Source of the DNA: Chlorokybus atmophyticus | Taxonomy: Eukaryota > Plantae > Mesostigma and Chlorokybus algae | Assembly: GCA_009103225.1 (NCBI GenBank) | Contig: RHPI01000671.1 | Span: 402,100-466,099 of the forward strand | Length of the DNA: 64,000 nucleotides | Reading direction: 5' to 3' | Shown here: positions 43,500 to 56,197 of the stretch, piece by piece | Layout of the letters: each line of letters begins with the position of its first letter | Numbering within the stretch: position 1 is the stretch's first letter | The notes under the pieces: generated by a model | Database searches by the model: none | Seen by the model: the letters and a program-made list of their open reading frames with translations, nothing else | Told to the model about the DNA's origin: nothing | Program-made: the position numbers and the translations under genes

Positions 43500-46239
43500 C
43501 TACAATACAAAGCGTCTCCTATTTTTGTTGTCCACCTTGGCCTGCGTGCATGGCCACATAACAGTTAAGGGGCTTTATGGCAGTGCCTTACAAGTCAGCG
43601 ACAATCCACAAACCAACTGTGCTCCATGCCTACTCACCCTATGCGTATACTCAAACTCGCCGTTCTTTGAGTCAAAAGTGCCCTTCTGCAAGCTCATCAA
43701 CTTGAGTGTAAACCGAGGGCCCAACTCCTGATGACACAGAAACCGGACTTGTCAGTGATTGCATGCTACATGTGTCAGTGAACGTGTGTGTACTGCGATG
43801 ACTGACATGAATGTAATGCCATAGTGCACAGGCATGCTTAGCAACAGTTCAAGTAGCCTGGTCTGCAATGACAATCTCGCCTTCCATTGCCATACCTGCA
43901 ATCGTGCTATGACAGGTAACTTCTTGGGGTCGTCCGCATGTTTGTTGTCTTCAAATATGTACCTGTTCCCAACAAGTCAATCAATAGCTGCGGCCTCAAT
44001 TAAGCAGGAACCCTATAGCACTGGAGTAGAGTATCACCTGTGATGCCTGAAAAAGATGAAATCGCGCTGGTTGTGAAAAGTCACTGCACGGCGGCCCCGA
44101 AACTGTGGGTCTTGATTGAATAGTGATCCAAACATCCTGCAAGTGTTGTACCACGAGACTGGGCAATTGCACAACAACGATAATTGCCAATTGACCAAAT
44201 GCAATCACCCACCTCCCGACCCGGTGTCCTAGCTTTGTGCTGAAGTTGTTCAGGATCAACTCTGGTTTGTGCTTTGTGGGTTTTCCATGGTTCTGCGACC
44301 ATGCCAGTAAGCTGATCACAGGACCTCAACGGTTGGTAAGCTAGGAAACATGCCATCAGAGTAAACATTACCTTGATATCTTTGCGCAAGGTCAGGTTGG
44401 ACAACTTGAAATGCGCTGTGGGGCCATTAGGAAGATGCACAACCAGTAAGCCGTCTGTTCCCATGTCAAGGTTAACCCGTAGCAGCTGTACATAGCTCTG
44501 CAATACAGAAAGCTACTTGCATGGAGGCTCATCACACTGACACAATACGCATGCAATGTGAGAAGGATACTGATTGTTTTGCGGTTTTCATTGATGACAA
44601 CAAGGTCTGTGAAGTCCCTGGCCTTGGCGTATGTCACAATCTGCAAGTTACAACAACAGTCAAGAAGGTCAGGCAAACTGCTTCCAACGCAACACTAGGG
44701 ATGTGCGCTGCTGCTACTCGAACCTTGTCAAGACCACACATGACAGACACCAAACCACTAGCATCTATGCAGTACACCCTCACCTCTTTGACCTCATAGT
44801 TTGCACGCTTGTAGTACGTGGCGTGCGGAAATACATCTAACAGCTCCTTAACAAACTTGTACATAACCTGCCAGCAGAGACAAGCACTTGAACATGCGAG
44901 TAGTTGCAGCCAGACGTACAAGAGCAACCAAAGAGCTTCCGTCCACAAACACATGACTGCGTGGCAGTAACAGTTCACGACCATGTGAGACAATGTAACA
45001 CTCCGACCGGAAGTGTCCTGGTACTTTACCAGAGTAGGCTTCCGGCACGTGGTGATCAGAACATTTGGCGGTCGCGACTTGTCATAATGATCGGCAAACT
45101 CATCATTTGCTAGCGCTGTTGCAGTCTGCAGCCAGTGCATTGTTTGTGAAGGCGATCAAAGGGCCAACTGGCTTGACGCCTTGGAGACTCAAAAGTAAAC
45201 ACCACAAGAACCTTGTATAGACACACCTCTTCGTCATCAGGTCGTACAACGTCGTTGGCATCCACTTCTCGTAGGCTTTCAATTGTGTGCGGCGTGATCC
45301 TTGCAGGAGGCTGCACGTGGACGGACAATAAGAACAAATCAACGCTTGGATGCATACGCTTAGCAACGATTCAAGCAACTACTTGTGCTAAAAATGACAT
45401 GTGCAGCACCGGCAACACCAACCCAATCCACACAGACAGACTGCAAACAATGGTGCTCACCTCTTCCCCGCGTTCCATTGCGCGCTCCTCCTCCCTGCGC
45501 GCACGCACTAACCGCTTCTTCTTTTCTTTTTTCTTCTCCTTCGTCAGCTTTGCATGAATCTAAACAACATGACCACGTCAGCTACGTCACGACCTGGTAT
45601 CGCTACATTGCAGTACAGGCATGCATACGCTCAGCATGAGCAAATGCGAAATTGGGCATGCCACAGTAGTAACTTTTGCATGCAACGCGAGTTGGCAAAA
45701 TCGCAGGCACTTAGTTCCAAGCATGCAACTGCTGCGAGCACTGCAAATCTGAAGTAGTGCCTGAGCATGTCAACGACAGGTTCATACATCAAGCAACATA
45801 GGGCGTGGACGCAAATTGAGAACGGTAAAATCAAATTAGCAACTAACAGGATTAGGGCCCTGTCCATTGGAGTAGTAATCTATGCATTCATGAATTATAA
45901 CTATCGCATCAGTTCAGCATCATGCCGCATAAAACAACGCATGCATTGGCATATTATAACGCAGGCAGCTGCTTTCAACTTGTGACAGCGAGACACATAT
46001 GACCTAACCTCTTCGCGCTTCTGCTTGTTCCGAATGCCCTCAGTGGTGAGGCGCTTCTGCTGACCAACTGTTGCTGTGGCTGTGGAAGTATCCAGCTCTT
46101 CCACTCTCTTCCGCTTCTTCTTGCCACTCGCCGCAGCAGCATTGCTGAACTTCTTCTGAGGCCTGTCATCCTCACCTCCCCCCTCGGAACCCTCACCCTC
46201 GTCACCAGAGCCATTCTTCCGTCTCCTCTTCCCTTTCAT
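43500..46239 (-). CDS. RPF1: Ribosome production factor 1 (Brix domain, 60S biogenesis)
   Basis: Basic N-terminus, then [12 protein letters not shown]...DDEE|..NDEFA...PNVLITT..|..[18 protein letters not shown]|..[12 protein letters not shown]|..[18 protein letters not shown]..|[26 protein letters not shown]|..[19 protein letters not shown]|RYIF..|..[32 protein letters not shown]|[13 protein letters not shown]. Confidence 0.95.
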
Positions 46240-46347
46240 CTCTAATTACACTCCCGTCCACACCACTCCTCCGCCACCTCCACCTCCACCTCCTCGTCCT
46301 CCGCCGCCGCCGCAGCCGCCGATCCTGCCGCCTCACACCCTGACTAT

Positions 46348-46357
46348 AAAACCCTAA
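46348..46357 (+). promoter_or_regulatory. Telo-box (AAACCCTAA) in the RPF1/EMG1 bidirectional promoter
   Basis: The exact sequence aaaaccctaa lies about 110 bp upstream of the RPF1 ATG and about 290 bp upstream of the EMG1 ATG. Telo-boxes are established cis-elements of plant ribosome-biogenesis genes. Confidence 0.6.
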
Positions 46358-46645
46358 TTCAATGGACCAGTGACCCCACCGGTCTTGCACACGCGGCTTG
46401 CAACGACGTTGCGCTCCCGCAGCGCAGCCACAACTTGCCCCTGGATATGACTGTAGCTTTGACTGCAGTCGTATGTGTGCATAAGACATCGTTTCCAGGT
46501 AAGATTAGTCATGCATTCATGCTTGCGGCACACTCATAGCTGCCGTTGTCGTTGTTGTCAGTGTTGGTGGCGGTCAGCGAGTTGCTGTGTGGGTTGACCT
46601 GTAAAGGCAAGTGGAGCTTGTCCTTCTCAGGGAAGCTGTGCCGTC

Positions 46646-48614
46646 ATGGTGGAGGATTCTGTGATTGTTGGGCCAGCTGCCATCGTGCCCGACGAGGATG
46701 AGGAGGCGGCTGCTGGCACCAGCGGCCAGGGCGGGGTTTACTTCGTGCTGGAGAGAGCTGCGCTAGAGGCGGCAAAAGTTGGCAAGGTAAGGATTGAGTG
46801 TCCAAGGCGGGGGGGTGGACATACGCCAGCACTTGAAGTGTGCCTCTCACATTGCAATACACTGCATGCATGTTGTTCATGTTTAATGGTTGTTGACGAT
46901 CAGTAATGATTAATATTGTCATCTTAACCGGTCCTTCGTTGACGATTATAGCTAATGCAAGCAAGCGTCTTGCTTGCATTAGCAGTGGCCATGCTTTTTT
47001 TGAGTTCTTTTTTGTCTCTTCAGCAATTGTTTTGCTCTACCGTCTAACTACATGGTCTGCAAGTGTAGTCGCTTGTATGTGTCTACATGGATGCGCTTCT
47101 ACTTGTGAACATAGACATTGCATGCTGCAGCATCCATATTTGTGCCTTGTCATTTATACATCACTCTGCAGTAGAATGTATGCATTTGCATGAGCTATGG
47201 ATTAGTGTTGATATCAATGCCTACCAGAGTCTTGGGGCTTTGCAATGTTGTTGCACAAGTTACCTGGCAATGCAACTCTGACCAATTCGTGGTCGCCTGC
47301 AGACTTATCAACTGCTGAATTGTGATGACCATGCGAATTTTCTGAGGAAACACAAAAGAGACCCAGCGGAGTATCGACCAGATATCTGCCATCAGGTACC
47401 GCCTGCAAGCCATAGTTGCATGCGTCGTTCACAATGAAAAGCGATGGCACATAGATCGCGTGTTAATGTTGCTGCTCTTGTTGCAGTCGCTGCTCGCAAT
47501 CCTTGACAGCCCTTTGAACAAGGCCGGGCGGATCAAGGGAATATACGTGTTCACTGACAGAAACGTGCTGATACGTGTCAACCCGCAAATACGCCTTCCG
47601 CGAACATTTCGCCGGTTTTGTGGCCTTATGGGTAAGCAGCCACAGTTGCTCCATTACATAATTGTTGCGTGACTCAGTGCTTGCTCTTCAATAAGTCTTA
47701 TAGGTGCAATGCAGGCAACTTGTAGATTGGCCATTGCAGCGCAAGAACTCTTTGTGCTCGTCAATGTTCGTGCTGCGTGCTGCGTGGTATTTGCAGGCAC
47801 TTATGTCTGCTTTTGCACTCAGCATTTGCTGTGTTGACGTTAGTTTAAAAGTTTACAGGCTATCATCACACAGGATAGATTTGGACATAGACAATGTCTC
47901 TGTTGCTGATCTTATTGCATTGCTGCATGCTACACATCGGTGTTCCTTGACACTCATGATACAACCTTGCAGTGCAGCTGCTGCAGAAGTTGAGCATACG
48001 TGCAACTAATGGACCCGACAAGCTGTTGCGCGTTGTAAAGGGCCCGGTGACCAAGTACTTTCCGCCCGGTTGTCGGCGTGTTGGTAAGCAACTGTACAAG
48101 GCAACCCCTCTATGTAGTGCCCTCTGTTTCTGCTGCTTGCTTTTGGGGTATATCAAGGGCTGCAGCTGACAGTTTCTGTCCGCAGGCTTGTCATACAGCT
48201 CTGAGAAGCTCATACAGTTGCAAGATCTGGCCCGGGAGTTGAAGGATGATACACCAATCGTGTTTGTGGTAAGCTGGCCTTGTTGGTCACCATGGGCACC
48301 TGTGGTGTTTGTTGGAGCCCATGACTTTGGTGTCAGTGTGCAACAGTCTGACAAGAGTGTTGGGTGGCTTGTAGGTGGGCTCAATGGCACACGGCAAGAT
48401 CAACGCCCCTTATGTTGATGAAATGTTGGCAGGTATGCATTTAGTTCTGTCGTGTGTGCATAGCGAATTGTTGCTCCGCCAGTTTAGCCACCAGCCATTT
48501 GCATCTGAGACTAATGTCTGCTTCCGTCATGCAGTGTCCGAGTATCCGCTCAGTGCAGCATGCTGTATTGGCCGGATCACCAATGCACTGGAAGCAAAGT
48601 GGAACATATTGTAG
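46646..48614 (+). CDS. EMG1: EMG1/NEP1 18S rRNA pseudouridine N1-methyltransferase
   Basis: VYFVLERAALEAAKVGK|TYQLLNCDDHANFL...YRPDICHQ|SLLAILDSPLNKAG...IRVNPQIRLPRTFRRFCGLM|VQLLQKLSIRATNGPDKLLRVVKGPVT..|..VG|SMAHG..|..SEYPLSAACCIGRITNALEAKWNIL*. Confidence 0.96.
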
Positions 48615-50443
48615 CCCTAAGTCATCAACTTGTTGGGTGAAGACGGTGTAGCCGCCATACATGCCTACAGCTCGTGTGCTTATGTAGGCTAGCGCTGACC
48701 AAGGAGTAGGTGTGCCATATTTGGTGAACAGCGTATACAAGAGGCGCACTAGGCGAAGCGCGGTGCAAAGCTGTGGACCCCAGCGCAAGCACAGTGTTTG
48801 GTTGAAGCCCTTATCCGCAGGTGACATGTCATTCCCAAACCTGCAGCTCCTTACATAGTTGTTAGTATGAGCCGCAGTGCCACTGCTATGGTATGGTTTC
48901 TGCGCAGGGACGCGCCAGTTGTCGTTGTCACTGGTAGTAAGCAGACAGTCAGTCTGTAGTGTTTGATACGCTGCTCCATGTCATGTATGTGCTGTTGCAA
49001 GCGTGCACGCTTCTTTCGTCAACTGTCTCCATGTATCTTAGTAGGCACCAAGGTTCGTGTAGCTGTGTTGTGTACTGCTGATTGACGGTGGTGGCGATGG
49101 GATGGTCGCCCTTGCTGTCAGGCCCGCCGGCCACGGGTTGAGTGGCAATGCGGGCGGCGATTTGTGGGCAACGCTGGGGTGGGGTTTGCAAGGTGTGAGG
49201 GGTGCGAGGAGTGTGACACGCGAGTCGTGTATGAGGTAATGTGTGTCAATGTGTGAAGTAGAGCGGCACAGTGCGCGACGCTCTGCATGTACATATGTAA
49301 ACACGCTAACTACTTTGTTGAGGCGATGATGTTGGGGCTGTCCTGGTCTTATTCCCAATAGCATGCTGTGGAGTGTCATGCACAAATGAGATGACTGTGT
49401 TTTCTATCCCAGCATGCATGTGTAGACTGTAACTAAGCACAATCACGGCATTGCATGCTTTGTACACATGCCTGTGGCAGTTCGCACATCCAATGCACGC
49501 CATTGCAACGAACAAGCCAACGGGCAGGAAGTTTCTTTGTACGTTGGCTGGTCAATTCGTGCACAGGATATGCGCGAGGCAGTTATAAGCATAGGGTATA
49601 CGTCATAGTCATTCAAGGTCACACACGTGTTTAATGCGCAAACGCACCATACAAGGGCTAGGCACAATCAAGCAAGCAAACAGTTATTACACCCGGCAAG
49701 CATTGCATGTCAACGCCACGCACCACATACAGCAAGCCACACGCACCTCACTGCCGCATACGCGCTAATGCGGAGTAGCTTGTGGAAAAATAAAGGGTCT
49801 CCCAGTAGTAGCACAGACTTGCAGTAGCACACAAGCAAGCACACATCAGACCATCAAGCACTCCACACAAAACAGCTTGTGTAGATTGTCTTATGCTGTC
49901 CTTCAAGTCCAAGCTGCCTGTCACCATTGCGGCATATGGCTATATGTGCAGATCGGTTTGCGATGTGCGATGTGAATGGCAGTCGTGGTTGTGTTGCCTC
50001 GCATCAATGGAAGAAGTGGCACCCTTGGCTGATGATGTTGCAACACCATTTCTAGCGCAGCAGTCCCCATGCAATCCTATCAGCCTCTGCAGCAGTAAAT
50101 TCAAGTCATTGCACATGTACGCATGTACAGTCATGGCATGAACACCTCCACAAGTGAGAAAAATTTTAAATCTTTTGTACCGAGCCAAAAGTGTTGTTTT
50201 CGTACTGTCAAACAACATGTGCAGGTCCGGTTGTCGGCATGAGATTGGAGTGCCGCCAGCCCTATGGCACAAACACTCAGAACCCAGTGACCAGCCCTAT
50301 TCCACCCTAAGTGTACGGGTTGTACACTGCGAGCATGTTGAGTTCTACTTGCGGGAGCCTGCATGGAGTCTTGGACATGGTTGAAAGAGTGGTAATGCAC
50401 CGCCAGGCCCAAATTCAGCAAAGTTGCCATGCAAACGGACGGC

Positions 50444-50911
50444 TCAGTAACTCAGCTGGTACACCTTGCAGTGCTTTGCAGCGGAAGCAGCCAATCCGCA
50501 AAGGCCATGAGGTTCACATCGTCCGTAAAGTACCTCCTGAGATCCCTCGCCACCTGCCTTGCAGAGACCTCGTTGTGTATGGACCAACTGACCGTATTAA
50601 GCTATCCGGGAATGGGTATCCATTCCCGGATAGCTTGAAGGAGTTTAAACTGGCGCTGGCCAAGCCCGCTTTCATATTGTCTGAGGATGGAGGTGGTCCG
50701 AAAGGAGGAATAGATGACATGGAGGCCAAGATCTCTGTTGTAGCGATACTAACATCTTTCCGTGTCCAGTTCACCATTGATGATAGGTGTCTATGTACCA
50801 CGTTGCCACCTGCTTGTACCGTATAATCATTATCAGCACTTTTGACTGCGCCAGGTACTCCTCAACCGCCTGCTGATCAACATTGAGATACACCTGGAGG
50901 TCCCACCCCAT
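50444..50911 (-). pseudogene. Degraded intronless ORF of about 155 codons resembling uncharacterised giant-virus (NCLDV) proteins
   Basis: Reconstructed across frameshifts: MGWDLQVYLNVDQQAVEEYLAQS...YKQVATWYIDTYHQ / *YRYNRDLGLHVIYSSFRTTSILRQYESGLGQRQFKLLQAIREWIPIPG*LNTVSWSIHNEVSARQVARDLRRYFTDDVNLMAFADWL / SAAKHCKVYQLSY*. In-frame TAGs lie at 50749-50751 and 50602-50604. The family resemblance is from memory and unverified. Confidence 0.6.
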
Positions 50912-51552
50912 GACTATGGTGGTGCGATTGTCGTTGCGCCGGTGTTGTTGCTTCCGCATGGTTGTGCGTAGTGTGGATAACCTCCTGGTTGACCTGCATG
51001 CATTGGCAGGACTAGATGTGTAGGTGTGTGCCACACATGCAACCCAGTCATGCCCGCAACATGCAACCACGCGCGCAGCACACAACAGAGCAAATGTATG
51101 GGCAGTTGCAGCGTCATTAGTAACCGAGGAACAACTTGACCTCAACAGCCTCATCACAGTCAAGCACAAAAAGGCCAGGACACGTTGACAATAGAACAAC
51201 AATAGGAAACGGACAGAGCCAACAACAGACTGACGTCGACGGTCGACCGTCAACATCGGCTGTGCAACGGGCATGCCTTAGTGCAAGGGACTGCTGTGCA
51301 AGCGTGCCGGCTGATGCTTTGGAGGTACTGGATGAGCTGGTACAGTACCAGGCACGCATCTGTCGTGCCAAACAACAAGCATGCTGGCATGCATGCCAGA
51401 CTCATATCAAAGTGGCTGCAACAAGTTACGCTAAAGAAATGTACAACGCAGAAGAATGTACAACGGCAAGCATATCTACAAACTAACTCTGTTCCACGCC
51501 AGCTCCATGAACTGGATAGGTGACAAACAGGAACCCAAGGCGAGCATCAAGA

Positions 51553-54209
51553 TCAACCGTCAAGGAATGAGCTCCAGCTGACATTCACAAGGGCAGACAC
51601 GCTCGCAAACACCCCCACTGCGACCACAATTACCGGGACCAGCACCTCCCACGCCAGCTCCCACACCGCGCCCCACACGCCTTTGTACTTGTTCATTTTC
51701 CTGTCACGATTGGTGTCACAACACATGCCACTGACCCAGACACCATATCCACGTGACCACATACTACCAGAGCCAGCATGACTGCTCACCTGTACGTCAG
51801 TGGGTCTGCCAGCTCTGCCTCATCGATCGCATGTGGACCAATCTGTGGTTGTGCTTCAGCAAGCGGCACACCCGTTTCCTGCATGCCAGCACTTAGCCTC
51901 TGCATGAGAGTACACATTGCTGCAGTTGGTATGCTATCCTAGAACTTGGAACTTACATTCAACAGCTTAGGCATCACATGGCCACCATACTGTGAACCGT
52001 CGTTGTCGGTCAAAGTAGAGTCCATATGGTATACATGTGCTGCAACACCTCGGCGAGCATCCCTTTGCACATACGACCTGGCACAAACACTCAGTTTACA
52101 CAACTGTCAAACATGTGTGCCTCACACCACTACAACATGCATTCGTGTGCGCACCCGCATGTGCACATGCGTATGCGTGTGTTGGGTGCATGCCTACCAG
52201 TTGAAGTACATCAGGAGATGGTTCACGACGGGAATCACGTACGACACCATAGCGACACCCGTGGCGCCAGTCACAACAAGAACATTGCCGGAGTTGTTGG
52301 GAAACAGCTCAGCAATGAGCAGACAGACGCTGAGTATCAACGCGGTCTCAATTATGTGGCGCAACATCGGAAACCTCTTCTTGCTGCAGCATTAGCTTGC
52401 ATCAGTGTTAACAGTCACACATCAAGAGTTGAACAGCAGTGCGGATTGACGCACAGCTGACCTGATCCAAGAGTCTGGTAACCATCGGTCAATTGTGTGG
52501 CGCGTTGGAAACTCTATAGGGGGGAGTGAAAGCGCCAAATACACTGTTCATCAACAACTTGTTAACAACCCTCATGTGCAACTGCTAGCTTCTATTGGAC
52601 TGTTGTGGCAAGCAAGAGAACTTACAGGCCATCAGCACATTCAGAATGCCGTATGCTGTGCCGCCGCCCAACCACTCGTTAACGAGGATGTCGTCTTCGG
52701 TGCTTGCGCCGTATCTCGCAGCCCCGAAGAAGCCAATGAAAGCGTACGTCAAGAAGGCGTTTACTGCGCAAAGCATGGTGGCTCAGTGCAAATTCAGCTG
52801 CATAATAGCGCATGGATGCAACACAGTGATGCGGTTTGACTCACTTAACACTACAATGCGTGTCCCCCATGAGAGAATCTTCACGCCAACATAGCCCTTT
52901 GGCATTTCAGCAAGGAAGGGCATCATGACAGGCTGAATGTAGAATGCGAAGCCAAATGTCGACACTGCTTGAGTTATGTTACCTGCAAAAGATTTTTTTG
53001 TTTTTATTAACACGTATGTGCATAAGCATTGCCATGCACGATTGTAAAGCAAAGTACAACAATGTTTTGACACTCACTGAGTGAGGTGAATCCCACTTTC
53101 TCAAACTCCCCATTGCCAATGGCTGGTAGACCAGCTTGAATGGCGTTCACAACAATCGTAACTAGCATCCACATGACGATCACTACGCCAGCTACACCAA
53201 CATATTCCAACTGCAGCAACACATGACCACGTCAATGTGTACACAGTCATGTAATCCAATTGGGTTTATTTTGTTCCAGGATTACACACTCGCATGTACC
53301 TGTCGGAGCTGCTTTACAAGGCAGAGGGGTGCTACTAGACCAACGGTGGCAATGGCCATGACCACGCGGCCACCACCATCCACTACCCATCCTGGAACTC
53401 GGTCCTCCCCCCAAATGCCAATGAACCCTGCCGCGCAGATCTCACCAACTTGCAGTATGCCGCCGATGATTGTACCAAGTAGCAGCACAACAATGGACAC
53501 CTCTGTGATGAACTGCATGAGAACGAGTAACGTCAACCATCAGCGCAAGGTGAAGCATGCACTTCTGCTGTTAGGCAAGCATGCATGCACATACCCGCCA
53601 TATTTTGCCGCCCACAGCAAATGCGAGCGTCTCATAATCAACTTGCCGAGACTTCCAGGCCTGGCGCAGCAGCAGATCGCACGTGTATGCGTTCGCGGCC
53701 GACACCACGACCATAATCAAGAAGCCGCACACGATGCCGGTGATTGAGAAAGCCCATGACACTGGCAACACAGCGCTGTGAACAGAGCAGTAACAAGTAA
53801 GCACAAGCATCAATCGTGCCTTGGTGCAGCACAATCTGCACAAGCAATGTTGCTTGCCATAAGTACCTGCCCATGATGCCAAGTGTCAAAGTGGGCACGA
53901 CAGCAAGGAATGCGCGTCTGTTCTCGGGATGGCGAAGCCAATGCTTGCCATTGTACGAGTGACCGACCCCGCTAGTCTGAGAGTACTGCATTTCACCATT
54001 GTTCTGTTCCGTCTTGGCAATGGAAGAATAAGCTGCAACGTCGCAAGCTTGTTGAGTGGTGTTCAACAGTAATGCTGGAAGTATGCTGCGACAGGTAACA
54101 AGCCATGCATTGCACAAACTGTTGCTCAAGCAGACTAGCATGTGACAACGTGTGATGTACCTGGCTGGGATGTAGTTAAGTGCAGCGCTGCCATCTCATG
54201 GTCAGCCAT
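51553..54209 (-). CDS. Amino acid/auxin permease (AAAP, Aa_trans/SLC38-like) transporter
   Basis: Multiple TM exons: AFLAVVPTLTLGIMG|SAVLPVSWAFSITGIVCGFLIMVVVSAANAYTCDLLL...YETLAFAVGG|FITEVSIVVLLLGTIIGG...LVAPLCLVKQLRQ|LEYVG...|..QAVSTFGFAFYIQPVMMP..|..YAFIGFFGAARYG...DILVN..|..LPPIEFPTR..|..VTGATGVAMVSYVIP..|..EVLVPVIVVAVGVFASV..*. Start inferred at MADHEM. Confidence 0.9.
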
Positions 54210-56197
54210 GTTTGATATGCGCGCGTCAGTCAGCACACTGCGCCAGCAAGAATTTGGACTGCCCTATCGCACCTAGTAGTAGAGAGCAGATTTGGCTCAG
54301 CATGCAAGCAATAATCATGTCACAAGCGCTGCTTGGAAGACCAACTGCTTGTGTCACTGCAACTAGTAACAGTTACACGCACAAGCTTAGAGCCCAATGT
54401 AACCAAGACAGTTGCTGTAAGGAACAACGTGTCAGCTTCGACACGAAACGTGGGGGGCTTCTACCAACCACACTACGTTAATCAACCATGCCTGCCAGTT
54501 CCAACATGCCAAAACATCAAGCTAAGCCAATGACGGACCGTGTTACCTCAGCAGGCGTTGCCGGCACAGCAGCCACCTGCTACTAGCTGAAAGGACAAAC
54601 TCCCAGCATGCTGCTGTCCATTGCACACAGGTAGCTGAAGCAGCATGCGCTGTATGCTCAGCAGGCAGCCTGCAGCTCAAGCACCTTGAGCTCGTCCTGA
54701 CCAACGAATAAACTGCCAGGCGATGACTCCTCCCCGGCGCATGCGGCAAGCACGCAAGCAATGCCCACTGACCAGACCCAGTCTATGTAATTGGTGTGGA
54801 AGAGAGAGAAACGCAGACACGGCAGCGCAAGCAAGCAAGCAAGCAAGTTGCGTGCAGCGAGCAAGGTAGCAAGGTGGTAGCAAGCAGACACCTTGGTCAC
54901 CATGCACTAGTCATAGCATGGCACTGGCGCTGCCAATGCAAGCAGCATGCATGCACGTTGCAGCTAGATCGATGTGGCTAGGCAGCCACAGTGTAGCACT
55001 GTGCTGCAGAGGATTCCGCGCTACTGTCTTGCGGCTGCACGTGCGTTCGCTCAAGACTGCTTACTTTGTGAGGTCGTGTACAATGTGGCTCAGAGATTAT
55101 TGGCTTACACCCTTACGTGTGCACTAACGTTTGGAGAGGTCAAGGCCCCGGCCACCTTTCCCCATGGTAGCACATGACGGTTCATCGCACCAAAGAGCGC
55201 CGCGGAACCGATTCCATCATTACAATGCAAATTCTGCATTGCAGAAGCTGTAGCTGCACTGCACCACTCGCCTGGGACTTGTACGGTAAACTTTTGCGCG
55301 TACAGTGTGAGTTTTGATTGCCTGTGTACATAATGCCTGGAAAATGACTTCCTCAACAGTCAACTCACAGTCCGCTGATGGAGGCCTGAATCAGGCCACC
55401 CGATGGGTGCTACATGACCTCCCGTAACTCATGAGTCATGACCCACAAGCGTTTATGGGTGATTTAGCACTGGTAATGTTGCTCTGTTCAACTCGATAGT
55501 ACGTTAATAACTTTCGTGCGAAGCGGGCCAAAAAAGTTTGGGGTGCGCGTGGTTAAGCTTCGCTGTTTGATGCTCTGCAGAGACGGACATCGGACGTCCC
55601 AGCTCAGTTAGTTGGCGCAGCTGCCTGCAGCGGCGGCGGCGGCGGTGTTGGTGAGGGCGGTCCCAGGGTAGGTGTACTCGTAGTCAGGTGTTACTCCGTG
55701 GGTTTTGAGTTTGAGAGTCTTGTTGTTCTCCCCCTTATGCTGGTCGGCGTGCTGGGTTTCGCTGCCGTCACCATCACGGCGGATGAGCGCCCCCTCCGCC
55801 GTGTGATGAGGCACTTCAACCTGCGGCAGGCATTCTTTCTGCAGCACCCTTCTGAGCCCCCGGGTGCTTATTTGGTGAGTTAACCATTTGTTGTAGCTTA
55901 CTGTATCGCATTGTGACAAGTAAGTGTTTGACATCTGGCCGCTGTGCTGGTCGGCAGTTCTGTGCATGCTGATGGCAGCTGTGCAGTATTATCGGCACTG
56001 TCAAACTCTTTGTAGTCAACGTGTTTGACTTACGCGCAGCGACTGCGTCGTAAGCATGCAGCTTGTGCGTGCTGCAGGCGCTGCTCCCAGCGCAACTTGT
56101 GTAGTGTATGCTGACGTGTGGGTGTTGAATGGCAGTAGTAGCAGCGTGCTTGAGGGGTGACGCAATCCTATTTCTGGTGTATCTTGTTCTCGGGCGA

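Noticed and set aside
50602-50604. TAG read as Gln (ulvophyte-type code) or stop readthrough
   Set aside because: Host genes here end normally in TAA or TAG (THOC3, CDPK, trmL, RPF1, EMG1), and the relic also carries frameshifts.
50311-50826. 171-aa plus-strand ORF as a gene
   Set aside because: It has no recognisable motif and is antisense to the more coherent minus-strand relic. Part of its apparent structure comes from the palindrome.
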